Below the pieces are notes generated by a model. That model saw only the letters and a program-made list of their open reading frames with translations, did not search any database and was not told where the DNA came from. Source: Klebsiella phage KPN8. Taken from it: a stretch of 64,000 nucleotides of DNA. Of this stretch, positions 44,901 through 54,648 are shown in pieces (within the stretch, counting starts at the first letter, position 1; each line of letters opens with the position of its first letter). The DNA lies in sequence record OP079919.1. One strand, 5' to 3'. The position numbers and the translations under genes are program-made.

Positions 44901-47900
44901 TCGGATGCCCTACGACCCAGCAGACCAACAGTAAGGATCTTAGCTAACGACGTTAACCCACCTACAATAGCGGGCAGAGTAGTAATACCGAGAGTTAAGA
45001 ATTTGGAGAGTTTAGCGCCAAGTCCGACGACTCCGCCCAAAATTGTTCCCATGGGGTTCTTAACAAGACCCAGAAGTCCATTAAGGAATCCGCCTTCTTT
45101 CTTCTCCCCATCTCGAGAACCAGAACCTCTCTCTCCCTCTCCATGACCAGCAAGATCGATGATGGCGTCCTGATACCGTGATTCACGTTCAGCTTTCGCT
45201 TTACGTTCCTTATCTTCTAAGGAGTTTAAGCGTACATCATCCGTGTTTCCCATTCGGCTTGTTTCATTAACAATATCAGCCTTGATATCCGGCATGTCGT
45301 TAATGTCATAACCAAACTTACGGCAAAGCAGAGCGTAAATACGATCGACCGAATTGGTAATAGGCGTATAGTCCGCGGTTACAAGATCATTGATCTTATC
45401 CCCAGCTCGCTTACCATAGCCTTTAGCTCGATCACCCAGTTTCCTACCCAGGTCAAGAAGTTTACCACCCATTACTCCCGTCATACGTTTGAGGGATTCT
45501 ATTTTCATCCCCCCAGATGTAATGAGCCCATCCTCGTATTCGGCTTGCGTAATAATAACGTCGCCGTTCTCGTCATACACCGGTCCGTCGATATCTCTCC
45601 AGCCCTTTACAGGAACAACGCTACCGTTCAAACGTTTGAAGTATTTGCCGTTCTCAAAACCCTTCCTTGTCAGAACAGGGGAATCCTCTCCGACTCGATA
45701 AACATCCATTTGGGTTATTCGATTGGTAATACCCTGACCTATGCCTTTCAATCGGTTAAGAGGATCCAGCCAGTTAAAGAGTTTTAACCCGGCTGATTTC
45801 ACCGCGTTTAAGCCACGAAGCACAACGGCCTTGCCTTCGGCACTGAACAGTTTACCCGAAAGACGTTTAGCGGAGATCACGACCTTGGTTCCGAGATCAA
45901 CGATCGACCCCTTGATCTCTTTCCAACTGGTAATAATTTTCTTTAACACTTTGTCGTAATACTGACGAGCTCTGAGTTTACGCGCTTCGAGTATTGGATC
46001 TTCACTCTCCCCATCGTAAATGTCTTCATCGTCACTGACGTCTCTGGCGTCTGCCATGCTACGAACTTTGGTATATAACGCCCAGGCTGCAGCACCACCA
46101 CCGATCAACGCCGCTGTTTTAGGATCGTGAATCGCCAATCCCGCTAACCCACCTAACATCCCACCCAGCATCAGTGGTTCGTGAGCCAGCAGTTTATCCA
46201 TGCCTGCACTGAAAATATCCTTAATCCCACCAAGACTTTTAATGCGGTCGAGGATGGTTTTCTTCTGTGCGGTATCAGCGGCATCTTCAGCATCAGTTTT
46301 GGGCTTATTCACCTCGGCTGGCTGACGAGAAAGGATTTGTTTCAGGACTTCCAATTGTTCCTGATTAATATCCCTTATTCCCATTACAGAATCCGTTAAA
46401 GATTTAACTTGCTCTGGGCTTAATGCATTTCCATCTTGTCTGCCGGGAATCCCGAGTTTAAGCTGCTCGGTGAGTTCCGATAGGGCGGTAACCAGTTTGC
46501 CGGAATCCTTCCCGGACAACCCGCGACGGTTATTGATAATGGTTTTCGAATTACCCCCACCCATTCCACCACTAGTAGGGAGAGGACCTACGTCATCCTC
46601 TTCGATAAGGCCTTCGTTACCATTAAGCTCTGATTTTAACCGGTCCCATATCGCATCGGTGTTAAAGAAATCTGACCCGTTTTCACTATTAATCAAATTC
46701 ATTTCTCTTAATAGTGGATCGTAACCAGCGTTTCGTAACAAATCGATTTGCTGAGAAATATTAGGGAGATAACCTTTGAGGTTCTTGGCTCGCAGACTAA
46801 GATCGGCCGCCAAACGTTTACTTTTAGCGGTCGGCATGTTCAACTGAGCTTTAATACCAGCCAGGCCGGATTTTTTAGCCGCTTCAATATGCTGGTCGGT
46901 TAGTCTGAACGACCCCCGCATCACTTGTTCAATTTCTTTACGAATCGATGGGGTTAGACCGTCTTCGTCTTCCATCCCGAAATAGTTGAACGGGTTAAAC
47001 CCTTTATCTTGGTCGACGTCTCTCGCCAAACGATAAGATAAGAAGCGTTTAGCCTCTGGTGACAACGTTCCATTTTTGTCAATGGCGGAAACCATGTCGG
47101 CTGTACCTGAGGCCAACCCACTAAATTCTCTCCCATTCAACAAATTACGTTTAACCGCATTTTGGGTTTGTTTATGGCTTAAGAACTTCCCACTGCGATA
47201 ATCGAAGCGCTCTTCTTTCAGGTTATCATTACCCGTGCGTATCTTTTCCAAGCTCAGATGAAGCTTAGCGAACCACCCAGGAATGATTTCATTTAACGTA
47301 CGATCGGATTGACTGCTCCAGTAGCTGGGCTGAGTCAAATCCATCAAGTTACGTTTCTTGAGTTCGTACTGTTTACCACGGGAATCGTTGATATTAAAAG
47401 AAAGATCGTTTAATCTATTTCCCAGGAAGTTTTTACCCGTTTGTTTTAAACGCCACGCTCTTTCACTTAACCGTTTTTCACCGGGAGCAAGTGAGTCAAG
47501 GTAATCGTCGTAGGTGGAAAAGTCTTCTTCGTAGTTAGCGTTATTGCGGAGAATCGTTCCTGCTAAACCAGCCGCGTTAGTTCCGGCGTATGACAGAACG
47601 CTACCCAACTGTTCCAACTTGCGGTATTGCCGGCGGATGTTTTTGGCTTCTTTTGGATAGAGGGTCGCAAGTTTATTAATAAGCTTAGCGCCCTGCCCGG
47701 ATTTAAAGAAAGCCGGTCCTCTCTCAATGACCTCGTTAGCTAGCATCTGCCCGATAATGGTTCCCATATTGAGACCCATTCCTTCGGACATCTCCATCCC
47801 CATTCTACCCGCGCCAACCATTCCGCTTAAACTAGAAAGCATCCCCTCTCTGGCTTCTTTACCGAACGTCTCGGACAGATAACCCATCACCCCACCGGAC

Positions 47901-48760
47901 CTACGTCCAATTGTGGAGAAGATAGAATCGCGTAATCTGCCTTTAGCCGCCATGGCCAGGGAAGTTTTCTCGTAATCACTCTTACCTGAATTAAGAGTAA
48001 TCTTTTTAAGCTCGTCAATCTGACGATGCATCGAGGCTTCCATGAACTTGTAGTATTTAGCGTTGGTTAAATGCATCCTGGCCAATAAGTTGATCTTAAC
48101 TGCATCGTTCTTAGCCTGGATTTTATTCTGGTAACGCAAAATGCCTTGAAGGGTGGTTGAGATTCCACCTAACAACGAATTGGTTGCTTGTTGCTGAGCT
48201 AATTGACGACCGCCAACTACCGCGGTCATGTTGTTGATAGCCCGCCCAATACCCACCATCGTTCCTGTCTGCTGGGCCGTAACTCCGCTTATAAAACCGG
48301 CTAAGCCATCTTCATCGACTTCTCCCATACTTGGATCAGAAGGTGTGTATCCTCCTTGATCCCAATGGCTAAAGTCCTTATTACTGAAGGTCTCCAACCC
48401 CTGGGCAATTTTATTAGGAACCTTGTCGCCGTGGCGGTCTAAGGTCATCTGAGCAATTGCCTGGAGATCTTCCACCATATCTTTTGATCCGGCTTTGACC
48501 TCGCTTAGGATCTCCTGCTTCTTCCAATCAAACTCTCTTTTTAAATCAAAGACGGTCCCAAATGATTTTGGGAGGAGCATTTTAGCCGTTCTCAACCTAC
48601 CTTCTGAACTTCCTATCGTACCGCTGTGGAGCTCACTGAGAAAACCACTCCCCATGCTCGCAAAGAAACCTTTTTTAGGTGCGTTATCGAAGTCGAAGTC
48701 GAAATCTATATCGCCGGCGAACGGGTCGTCTCCCCAATCGTCGAAATCATCTTTAGCCAT
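41954..48760 (-). CDS. giant virion protein (2268 aa) with internal glycine-rich transmembrane-like helices and C-terminal GH19-type muramidase domain; phiKZ gp181-like
   Basis: Single uninterrupted 6.8-kb ORF. Acidic N-terminus DFDFDFD. Multiple Gly/Ala/Leu hydrophobic helices, for example GGMLGGLAGLAIH and LGIGAVAGAGYLIY. C-terminal LANFESGGF...YRGRGFIQLTGKDNFRAASQY matches glycoside-hydrolase family 19 signatures. Pro/Ser/Thr-rich tail. Confidence 0.8.
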   Translation of the reverse strand: MAKDDFDDWGDDPFAGDIDFDFDFDNAPKKGFFASMGSGFLSELHSGTIGSSEGRLRTAKMLLPKSFGTVFDLKREFDWKKQEILSEVKAGSKDMVEDLQAIAQMTLDRHGDKVPNKIAQGLETFSNKDFSHWDQGGYTPSDPSMGEVDEDGLAGFISGVTAQQTGTMVGIGRAINNMTAVVGGRQLAQQQATNSLLGGISTTLQGILRYQNKIQAKNDAVKINLLARMHLTNAKYYKFMEASMHRQIDELKKITLNSGKSDYEKTSLAMAAKGRLRDSIFSTIGRRSGGVMGYLSETFGKEAREGMLSSLSGMVGAGRMGMEMSEGMGLNMGTIIGQMLANEVIERGPAFFKSGQGAKLINKLATLYPKEAKNIRRQYRKLEQLGSVLSYAGTNAAGLAGTILRNNANYEEDFSTYDDYLDSLAPGEKRLSERAWRLKQTGKNFLGNRLNDLSFNINDSRGKQYELKKRNLMDLTQPSYWSSQSDRTLNEIIPGWFAKLHLSLEKIRTGNDNLKEERFDYRSGKFLSHKQTQNAVKRNLLNGREFSGLASGTADMVSAIDKNGTLSPEAKRFLSYRLARDVDQDKGFNPFNYFGMEDEDGLTPSIRKEIEQVMRGSFRLTDQHIEAAKKSGLAGIKAQLNMPTAKSKRLAADLSLRAKNLKGYLPNISQQIDLLRNAGYDPLLREMNLINSENGSDFFNTDAIWDRLKSELNGNEGLIEEDDVGPLPTSGGMGGGNSKTIINNRRGLSGKDSGKLVTALSELTEQLKLGIPGRQDGNALSPEQVKSLTDSVMGIRDINQEQLEVLKQILSRQPAEVNKPKTDAEDAADTAQKKTILDRIKSLGGIKDIFSAGMDKLLAHEPLMLGGMLGGLAGLAIHDPKTAALIGGGAAAWALYTKVRSMADARDVSDDEDIYDGESEDPILEARKLRARQYYDKVLKKIITSWKEIKGSIVDLGTKVVISAKRLSGKLFSAEGKAVVLRGLNAVKSAGLKLFNWLDPLNRLKGIGQGITNRITQMDVYRVGEDSPVLTRKGFENGKYFKRLNGSVVPVKGWRDIDGPVYDENGDVIITQAEYEDGLITSGGMKIESLKRMTGVMGGKLLDLGRKLGDRAKGYGKRAGDKINDLVTADYTPITNSVDRIYALLCRKFGYDINDMPDIKADIVNETSRMGNTDDVRLNSLEDKERKAKAERESRYQDAIIDLAGHGEGERGSGSRDGEKKEGGFLNGLLGLVKNPMGTILGGVVGLGAKLSKFLTLGITTLPAIVGGLTSLAKILTVGLLGRRASDGVDDIVDAAGGASGRRRGRRTRGGRVGRGRAFKFGLAGLATAGLGMYLDATNEEHEGTNWKDVASNTLTAASAVSLGSSAMSAMGINLGIGSAIASGASAAGSAIVSGTGALATAVAPLLFNPVTLGIGAVAGAGYLIYKYYAKGKGSQFKLRMAQYGIKDVESDLAAKIRSAEEALREYVVVTAGVASIAKSAPLEQIFQSFIPQANDKGQQQAYFTWFNLRFKPIFLTYASAIDTAGYRDFETFDKSTDAKLYSTVSTINDRIGTINPYPYQIATQFDEATPIMGKDQTINQVRLYLDELKSFNERHGRTAEGIEKEGVVTMKTSAEQVEKSEKAGWWSSLKMRVGGTYEDRSDIEEINKRYPVTKSVMEINITDLLPGGDKPLAGITALRLAAYGDTEHIPWRVEAVLKLERYCEDYISVIGNDARFTSTTGAVYNLFKNSFRITDDQANQWCTWFRDRFLPVCMAWVKYVRIMRGVKPSAGWKSMTATNAFDFAKELLGLKVNIGKTPTSVWEVKWSPFPNTTSGSITPQVKAIVNNLDTAAKNAKLNFGDKEVKASGPKEVVPYTSAHSMGEGGLNQAVATAAMDDNVIAGGQPVINYKPITGNTDTSTVDLSGVTPVGGSGGGDKGVSVPQKAAEQLIMKEMIKAGFTDPRLIAEMLALANFESGGFKNTAEGMNYKPGRLLEIFPGRVKSMAQAQQIVAGGPQAIANAVYGGRMGNSGPNDGWLYRGRGFIQLTGKDNFRAASQYVGKDLVKNPELVSTDPEVMAKTLIWYLSNGSNGKRLQSIVKNNSFEYAAQGLNPNGLPDMPARTRLYQQYMKRLTSNELTVDPNAGATPSSSGETPPSSVSSVSPDAKPPTMKSENVGTANSVAAVSAITTPSVNQGPKPIGAVPSTPVSEGSVAYKSDPANPLNRVKVPTEQSTSAPPTPLAKPVQQPDPVATAQVQAQGRTNDLLAQLLKEIQNQKAPDPRMGYTSK
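42505..42990 (-). other. GH19-type peptidoglycan hydrolase domain inside the giant virion protein
   Basis: FESGGF encoded at about 42883-42900. YRGRGFIQLTGKDNF encoded at about 42675-42715 (reverse strand). Confidence 0.7.
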
Positions 48761-48780
48761 TTTAACCTCGTGGTGCGAAT

Positions 48781-50394
48781 ATGCAACCTACTAATATTAC
48801 GTTATTGAACCCAAACAAAGTGGCTTGGGCTCTCATGAAAGCCGTGACGTCAACAGACGTCCATGAGGGGATGACCAACAACCTTCATGAAGATGGTTTA
48901 TACTCTCCAACAATCTTCGGTCGTGTCGGTACCGACCAACGAGATAAAACTCAATCTTACATCAATGTTAAGATTCCTGTCTTCAACCCGACTTATTTTA
49001 AGGCTTTGATTGGGTTAAAGGGTTTGTATCTCGGAATAATCAAAGGGACGGAATACGCCCTTTGGGACGCATCAGAACGCGACTTCATAAAATCAAACCT
49101 CCTGGAAGGAGAAACCGGCTACGGTTTCTTTATGCGTCACTTTTACGACTTAGAGCCTAAGTTAAACGAAAGTTATAAACGCAAACAGCGCGTAGAACTC
49201 TTTAATAAATTTAAAGACATCGCGTTGACTAAAAACATTATTGTGTTGCCGGCTGGTATTCGTGATATCCAGGTTGAACCCAACGGCCAGATCGTGGAAC
49301 CTGAAATAAATGATTTCTATCGTAAACTGATCTTCCGTAGTCGCAGCGTGGTTATCCAGGAAGGTGAAGAAGATAACCCGATTTACGATAACATCCGTTG
49401 GGCGATTCAAAGCGTGTTCAACGACATCGACGATTATATCTTCCGGCTGATGGAAGGCAAGCGCGGATTCTTACAGCGCCGAGTCTCAACTCGTGGTGTC
49501 GTCGGGGGTACTCGTAACGTTATTACCGCTCGTAAAGTTTCTGTTGCTGATGCGGATGATGATAATGGGGTTGACGTTAACACCACAGATATCGGGATGT
49601 ATCAAGCGTTGCTGGGTTTCCAATACGTTGCGCGATATGCGTTACTTAAAGGTTTCTTAAGCCGCGTGTTTACGGTAGGGTCAAGTACGGCTAAACTCGT
49701 CGACCCCAGAACCTTCGAATACCAATACGTTGAAGTTGAGAGCAACATTGTTGACAAATGGTTGTCGGCCGATGGACTCACCGCTCTGTTCAACGGATTC
49801 GGAACGAGGCACTTGCGTCATAAACCGATCAAAATTAATGGCTATTACATGGGCCTGACCTATGATGACGGTAAATATGTCAAGTTACTCGGTGACGTAA
49901 CCGAACTTCCTCCTGGGTTTGATAAGAAGTTCTGCAAACCATTGACTTACATGGAACTCTTCTATTTAAGTTGTGTCGAAGAAATAGAAAAGAGAATGCT
50001 TCAGGTTACCCGCTATCCGATCACCGGGATGGGTTCTATCTATCCCAGCCTCATCAAAATCAAAACGACAACTAACGCCGAAAAAAGAATCATCTTAGAT
50101 GATTACTGGGAAGAAGGTTATCGTTGCACATACTACCCAGTCCGAGAAACTAAACCAGATTATTTCGACGCCATGAGTGTCGATGGCAGTCGGTTAGGTT
50201 TATTGGGTGGGGACTTCGATGGCGACCAACTTAACAGTAACTCCATCAACGGAGAGGATGCTATTGCTGAAGCTAAAGCTTTAATGGGCAGACGCGATTA
50301 CTATATCACCGGCACGGGGCAGTTCCTTTACAGTCCAACGGTGGAACCTCACGAATTCTTATTCCGAAATCTCAGTAACGGACTCAACCTATGA
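48781..50394 (+). CDS. multisubunit RNA polymerase beta-prime N-terminal-like subunit
   Basis: HEDGLYSPTIFGRVG parallels beta-prime ERDGLFCARIFGPV. GGDFDGDQLNS matches the catalytic NADFDGDQM motif. Start may be a downstream Met. Confidence 0.75.
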   Translation: MQPTNITLLNPNKVAWALMKAVTSTDVHEGMTNNLHEDGLYSPTIFGRVGTDQRDKTQSYINVKIPVFNPTYFKALIGLKGLYLGIIKGTEYALWDASERDFIKSNLLEGETGYGFFMRHFYDLEPKLNESYKRKQRVELFNKFKDIALTKNIIVLPAGIRDIQVEPNGQIVEPEINDFYRKLIFRSRSVVIQEGEEDNPIYDNIRWAIQSVFNDIDDYIFRLMEGKRGFLQRRVSTRGVVGGTRNVITARKVSVADADDDNGVDVNTTDIGMYQALLGFQYVARYALLKGFLSRVFTVGSSTAKLVDPRTFEYQYVEVESNIVDKWLSADGLTALFNGFGTRHLRHKPIKINGYYMGLTYDDGKYVKLLGDVTELPPGFDKKFCKPLTYMELFYLSCVEEIEKRMLQVTRYPITGMGSIYPSLIKIKTTTNAEKRIILDDYWEEGYRCTYYPVRETKPDYFDAMSVDGSRLGLLGGDFDGDQLNSNSINGEDAIAEAKALMGRRDYYITGTGQFLYSPTVEPHEFLFRNLSNGLNL

Positions 50395-53300
50395 GCGTAT
50401 TATACCAACAGTTCTTCCGCAATTTTGTTCTTAGGAAAAAACAAGAAATTACAAATCCTAAGTTTCACCATCTGACGGATATGGTGTTGCCGAGAGAATC
50501 GGTAATGATGTATCTACCGAAGACTCAAGAGGATATCGGCCCGAGTACCGAGGAGCCCTTAATAGGGACTTACCCTGATGGGGTTAACATTTATTTCAAC
50601 AGTCTTTATGTAACCCCCATCGGAAGAACTCGGCCCGTTCCCTTTAACGAAAAGCAATCTATACAGCTTTATCGTAAAAGCCATTTCAAATACAACTGGG
50701 CGAGGACGTTGTCCAACTACCTGAGTCGTCGTCAGGAACTGTTGGTAAACAACATAGCGATGGGACCTCATCGTCACCGTTATGTCTTTACTCGCTTTGT
50801 TCAGTTCGAACGAGCTTACAACCAACTGGCTTCTGGGATTGAAGCGGTTAAACAAATGAGTAAGGAAACGACCCGCAATCAATACTGGCGAATAGAACTT
50901 CCTCCAGCCATCCCCGATTATCGTCAGCTACTGGTAGCGGTCGATCATTACAAGAAGGCGTTCAAAGACGGCGTTTATACCACGACTGACAATCAGGCGG
51001 TACTCCCGTTTAAGGGTTACGGCTCTTATTGGATCATGGACTGGTATCTCTTCTTGATAGGCGAAAAGAACTACAGCCTGTTTAATCGCTTAGATAAAGA
51101 AGAAATGGATAAACTCCACATCATCTTTAGTCATAATGGACTCAGCTGGGTAGTTAACCTTGGTATCGTCTCTCAATGGATGGAAGAACTTAACGACAAG
51201 CACGGCAATCCCACCAGTATGCGTGTTAACGCAGCTAAACGGTTCCTGCTTGGATTTAGGGCTCTGATAGCGGGCGGCACGCTAAGTGAAACCATAGAGG
51301 AGAAACCTCATGCCGCAGAGAATGTCGGATTGGGTACTGGAACGCCAGAAGAGGAAAGAAGAAGCCAGGAAGTTAATAAGGAATCAGAAGAAGAACCGCT
51401 GGATCTCGATGAGTCTGAAGAGATTACTGATCAGTCTGTTACTATGCTTGATCTTTTCATGGGCGGCAAAAAGGCTGATACAGAATCTGATGATGACCAA
51501 GGAGGAGAGGATCCAGGAGGAGCTGATGAGAATCACGGAGAAGAGTGGGCTGCAGCGGTCGACGATGAATTACTTTATAACGCCGAAACAGAAGGATTAG
51601 GGGAAACCAAGAAAGTTATTTTCAGTACCCCGGAATCTGGTATCCTGAGAGCCTTAGAACAAAGAGCCAAGGCCGGGACATTAACTGTTGCGGAACAACG
51701 TTATTACACTAATCTCGCGCAATCATACAAAACGATCAAAATGCCTAACGGTGAAAGTCTTGAAAGTTTTGTTAAGATCGATCAGGCCAAACTTCGCCAC
51801 CTTCCTGCTAAAATTGCTCCTGAGATGAGAGGGATCATCGACCCTTCTCAGCTACAAAGTAGAGCGACAAATCTTAAAACGAAATACTCTGAAGAATTCC
51901 TTAACCGGGATATTGCCGGGATGATACTGAACATTCAGAACGCCGGTATCGTTTTAACCGACCTGAAACGTGAACGTATCGTCAATGCGGAATCGGCTTA
52001 CGACGTTTATACCATGAACGTCCATCCTGTTGGCGGATCGCCTAAGACCGCAATGTTCCGTATCCCCAAAATTGACAAAGACGGAACCTTCACTGTCGAT
52101 GGGGTAAAACAACATCTTCAACTTCAGCGTATGGAAATACCGATTCGTAAGATAAACTCGGAGCAGGTTGCTTTGACGAGTTATTATGACCGCAAGATCA
52201 TGATGTCTCGTTCTACCAAGGTCGCCGACGATTACGGATTGTGGCTGAACAAACAGCTTATTCTGTTGGGTGAAGCCGGTAAAGTATCTGGGGTGTTGGG
52301 CGATGTCTATAATCGTAGTTACGCTGTTCCTCGTACTTATTCTGCGTTAGCCAAACGGTATCGGTCATTAAAGGCGGGCGGGATTGAATTCAACTTCGAT
52401 CTTTCTAGTCTTGTTGGATCAGAGAAAGAAATCAATAAGCTGATTTCTCCTAACTGGGTTCCGGTGGCTAAAGAAGGTGACGACTTCATCTTTATGGATG
52501 ATGGTGGTAACCTTTACAAAGATAAGACGCACATTGGTTCTTTCGAAAGCCGCTGTGGAATTGACACGACGAAAGCCCCAGTCGATATCGTTACAGTGAA
52601 TGTAAACGGATACGCTTTCCCTATCGGGGTAGTGCTCGCTTACTACTTCGGATTCGACGAACTTCTTAAAGCACTCAATGCTGACTATCGGACCGTTCCG
52701 GCCGGTGAGAAAGTTCGGATGGGTCAGGACGAATACGCGATAACCTTTAACGATGAAACGCTCATTTTCAACAGACGGGATAGTTTAACCGCACTCATTA
52801 TGGGTGGGTTCCGGAAGTTAGCGAATTTGAGTAACTTCTCTCGTTATGACCTAAACACGAAAGGTGTGTGGGTGCCGGCTATCGGGGATAAGAAAGTCAA
52901 ACCAGGTCATTTTGATGAAATGCGTTTGATGTTCGAAATGTTCATCGATCCTATCACCAAATCTGAGCTGGTTAAAAGGGGTTATCCGACCGAGCTTCAT
53001 TATCTCATGATCGAAGGCGTCAAAATGCTGAACACCGATCGGACTGCTCACGAGATAGAATTAACTGAGCAACGTTTCGTTGGGTATGAACGTTTCGCCG
53101 GACGGGTCTATAACGAAATTGTTAAGTCGACTCGTCAATTCAGAAATAAAGGTAATGACAAACGTTTCACCTTCGATATGAACCCTGAAGCGGTTATCAT
53201 GAGTATCATTACCGATACAAGTGTAAACCTAGTTGAAGAGGTTAACCCCATCCACGAAATCAAAGAACAGGAAGTTGTTACCTTTGGTGGTACTGGTGGG

Positions 53301-54647
53301 CGAAGTGAAACGACAATGGTCAGACGTACACGTGGTCAGCAAGAGAACTATGCTGGGGTTATCTCCGAGGCTGGTAAAGACTCCGGTAAAGTTGGGTTCG
53401 TGAGTTACTTAACGAGCAACCCTAAGATCGCCGATTTCCGTGGTAACGTCGACCTAAGCATGCCTGACACTCTGAGCGGCAGACTGTCGGTAACATCCAA
53501 CCTTTTAGCTCACTCGACCTCCGATGACCCCAAACGTGCTCTGTTCTCCGGGGTACAGCAAAGCCAGGGGGTATCTGCGACTAACTATCAAACCAACTGG
53601 TTACGTACCGGGGATGAATTGGTTATCGCACACCGGACATCCGAGCTTTATTCTAAACCAGCTAAACTCGACGGTAAAGTAATAAAGCTTACCAAAGAAG
53701 GCTTGGTGGTCGAATACAAGGATGGAACGACGGACAGTTATCCGTTAGGCTTAACCATCGGCAGTGCGTCTGGTGAATTCCACAGACACACAAGAGTCAC
53801 TGATTTAAAAGTCGGTGATAGTTTCAATGCCGGAGATATCATCGGTTGGGACGAAATGTACTTTGAAAGGGATTTGGCTAACCCTAATCAGGTGGCGTGG
53901 AAATGCGGGGTAATGGTGAGGATTGCCTTTGTTGAGAATCAGTTCACGTTTGAAGACTCCATTGAGGTTTCTAAAGACTTCGCTGAGCAGACGAAAACAC
54001 CTTATTTGAAGTTGAAAGAATTCTCTTTAGACTTCGAACAAACTCTCGTCCCTCACGTAGAAGTCGGGTCGGAAGTCGACATGGACGCGATTTTATGCTC
54101 GATAGAGGATCCCCACGTAAGTGGTCTGGACGATTCTGATGACACTTTCTCAGGATTAGAGCGTTTAGGGGTTAAACAAATTCGGTCTAACCATCATGGC
54201 CGTGTTGTTAAAATTGAGTGTGTTTATAACGGTTCAATTGAAGACATGTCAGATAGCCTGAAAGGGTTTGTGACTAAGTTAGATAAAGAACGTCAACAGC
54301 TCAATAAGGTCACTCACACCGGGATCGTTAACGGTAACGTTGGGGGAAACACGTATGTTAAGAAAGCCAGTGTTGAACCTAATCGGGTTACGGTTAAAAT
54401 CTTTATTGAGGATCTCAATAGCTCCGAAACCGCCGATAAATTTGTGGTCGGTAACCAGATGAAGGGTACCGTGGGGAATATCGTGAACTACACAATGCGT
54501 ACACTGGATGGCCGTATTGTCAAGATTCGATTCTCATTTAAATCGATGTTCAACCGTATGGTTCTGAGCTTACGAGATAAAATGGGTATCAATGAAGTTA
54601 ACGCCAACCGCACTTCGGCAGCAGTTAAAGCTTTCAGAGGAAAATAA
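50391..54647 (+). CDS. multisubunit RNA polymerase beta-like subunit
   Basis: [22 protein letters not shown] parallels beta [38 protein letters not shown] parallels beta LVGDKMAGRHGNKGVI. 1418 aa, ATGA overlap with the beta-prime gene. Confidence 0.65.
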   Translation: [1418 protein letters not shown]

Positions 54648-54648
54648 A

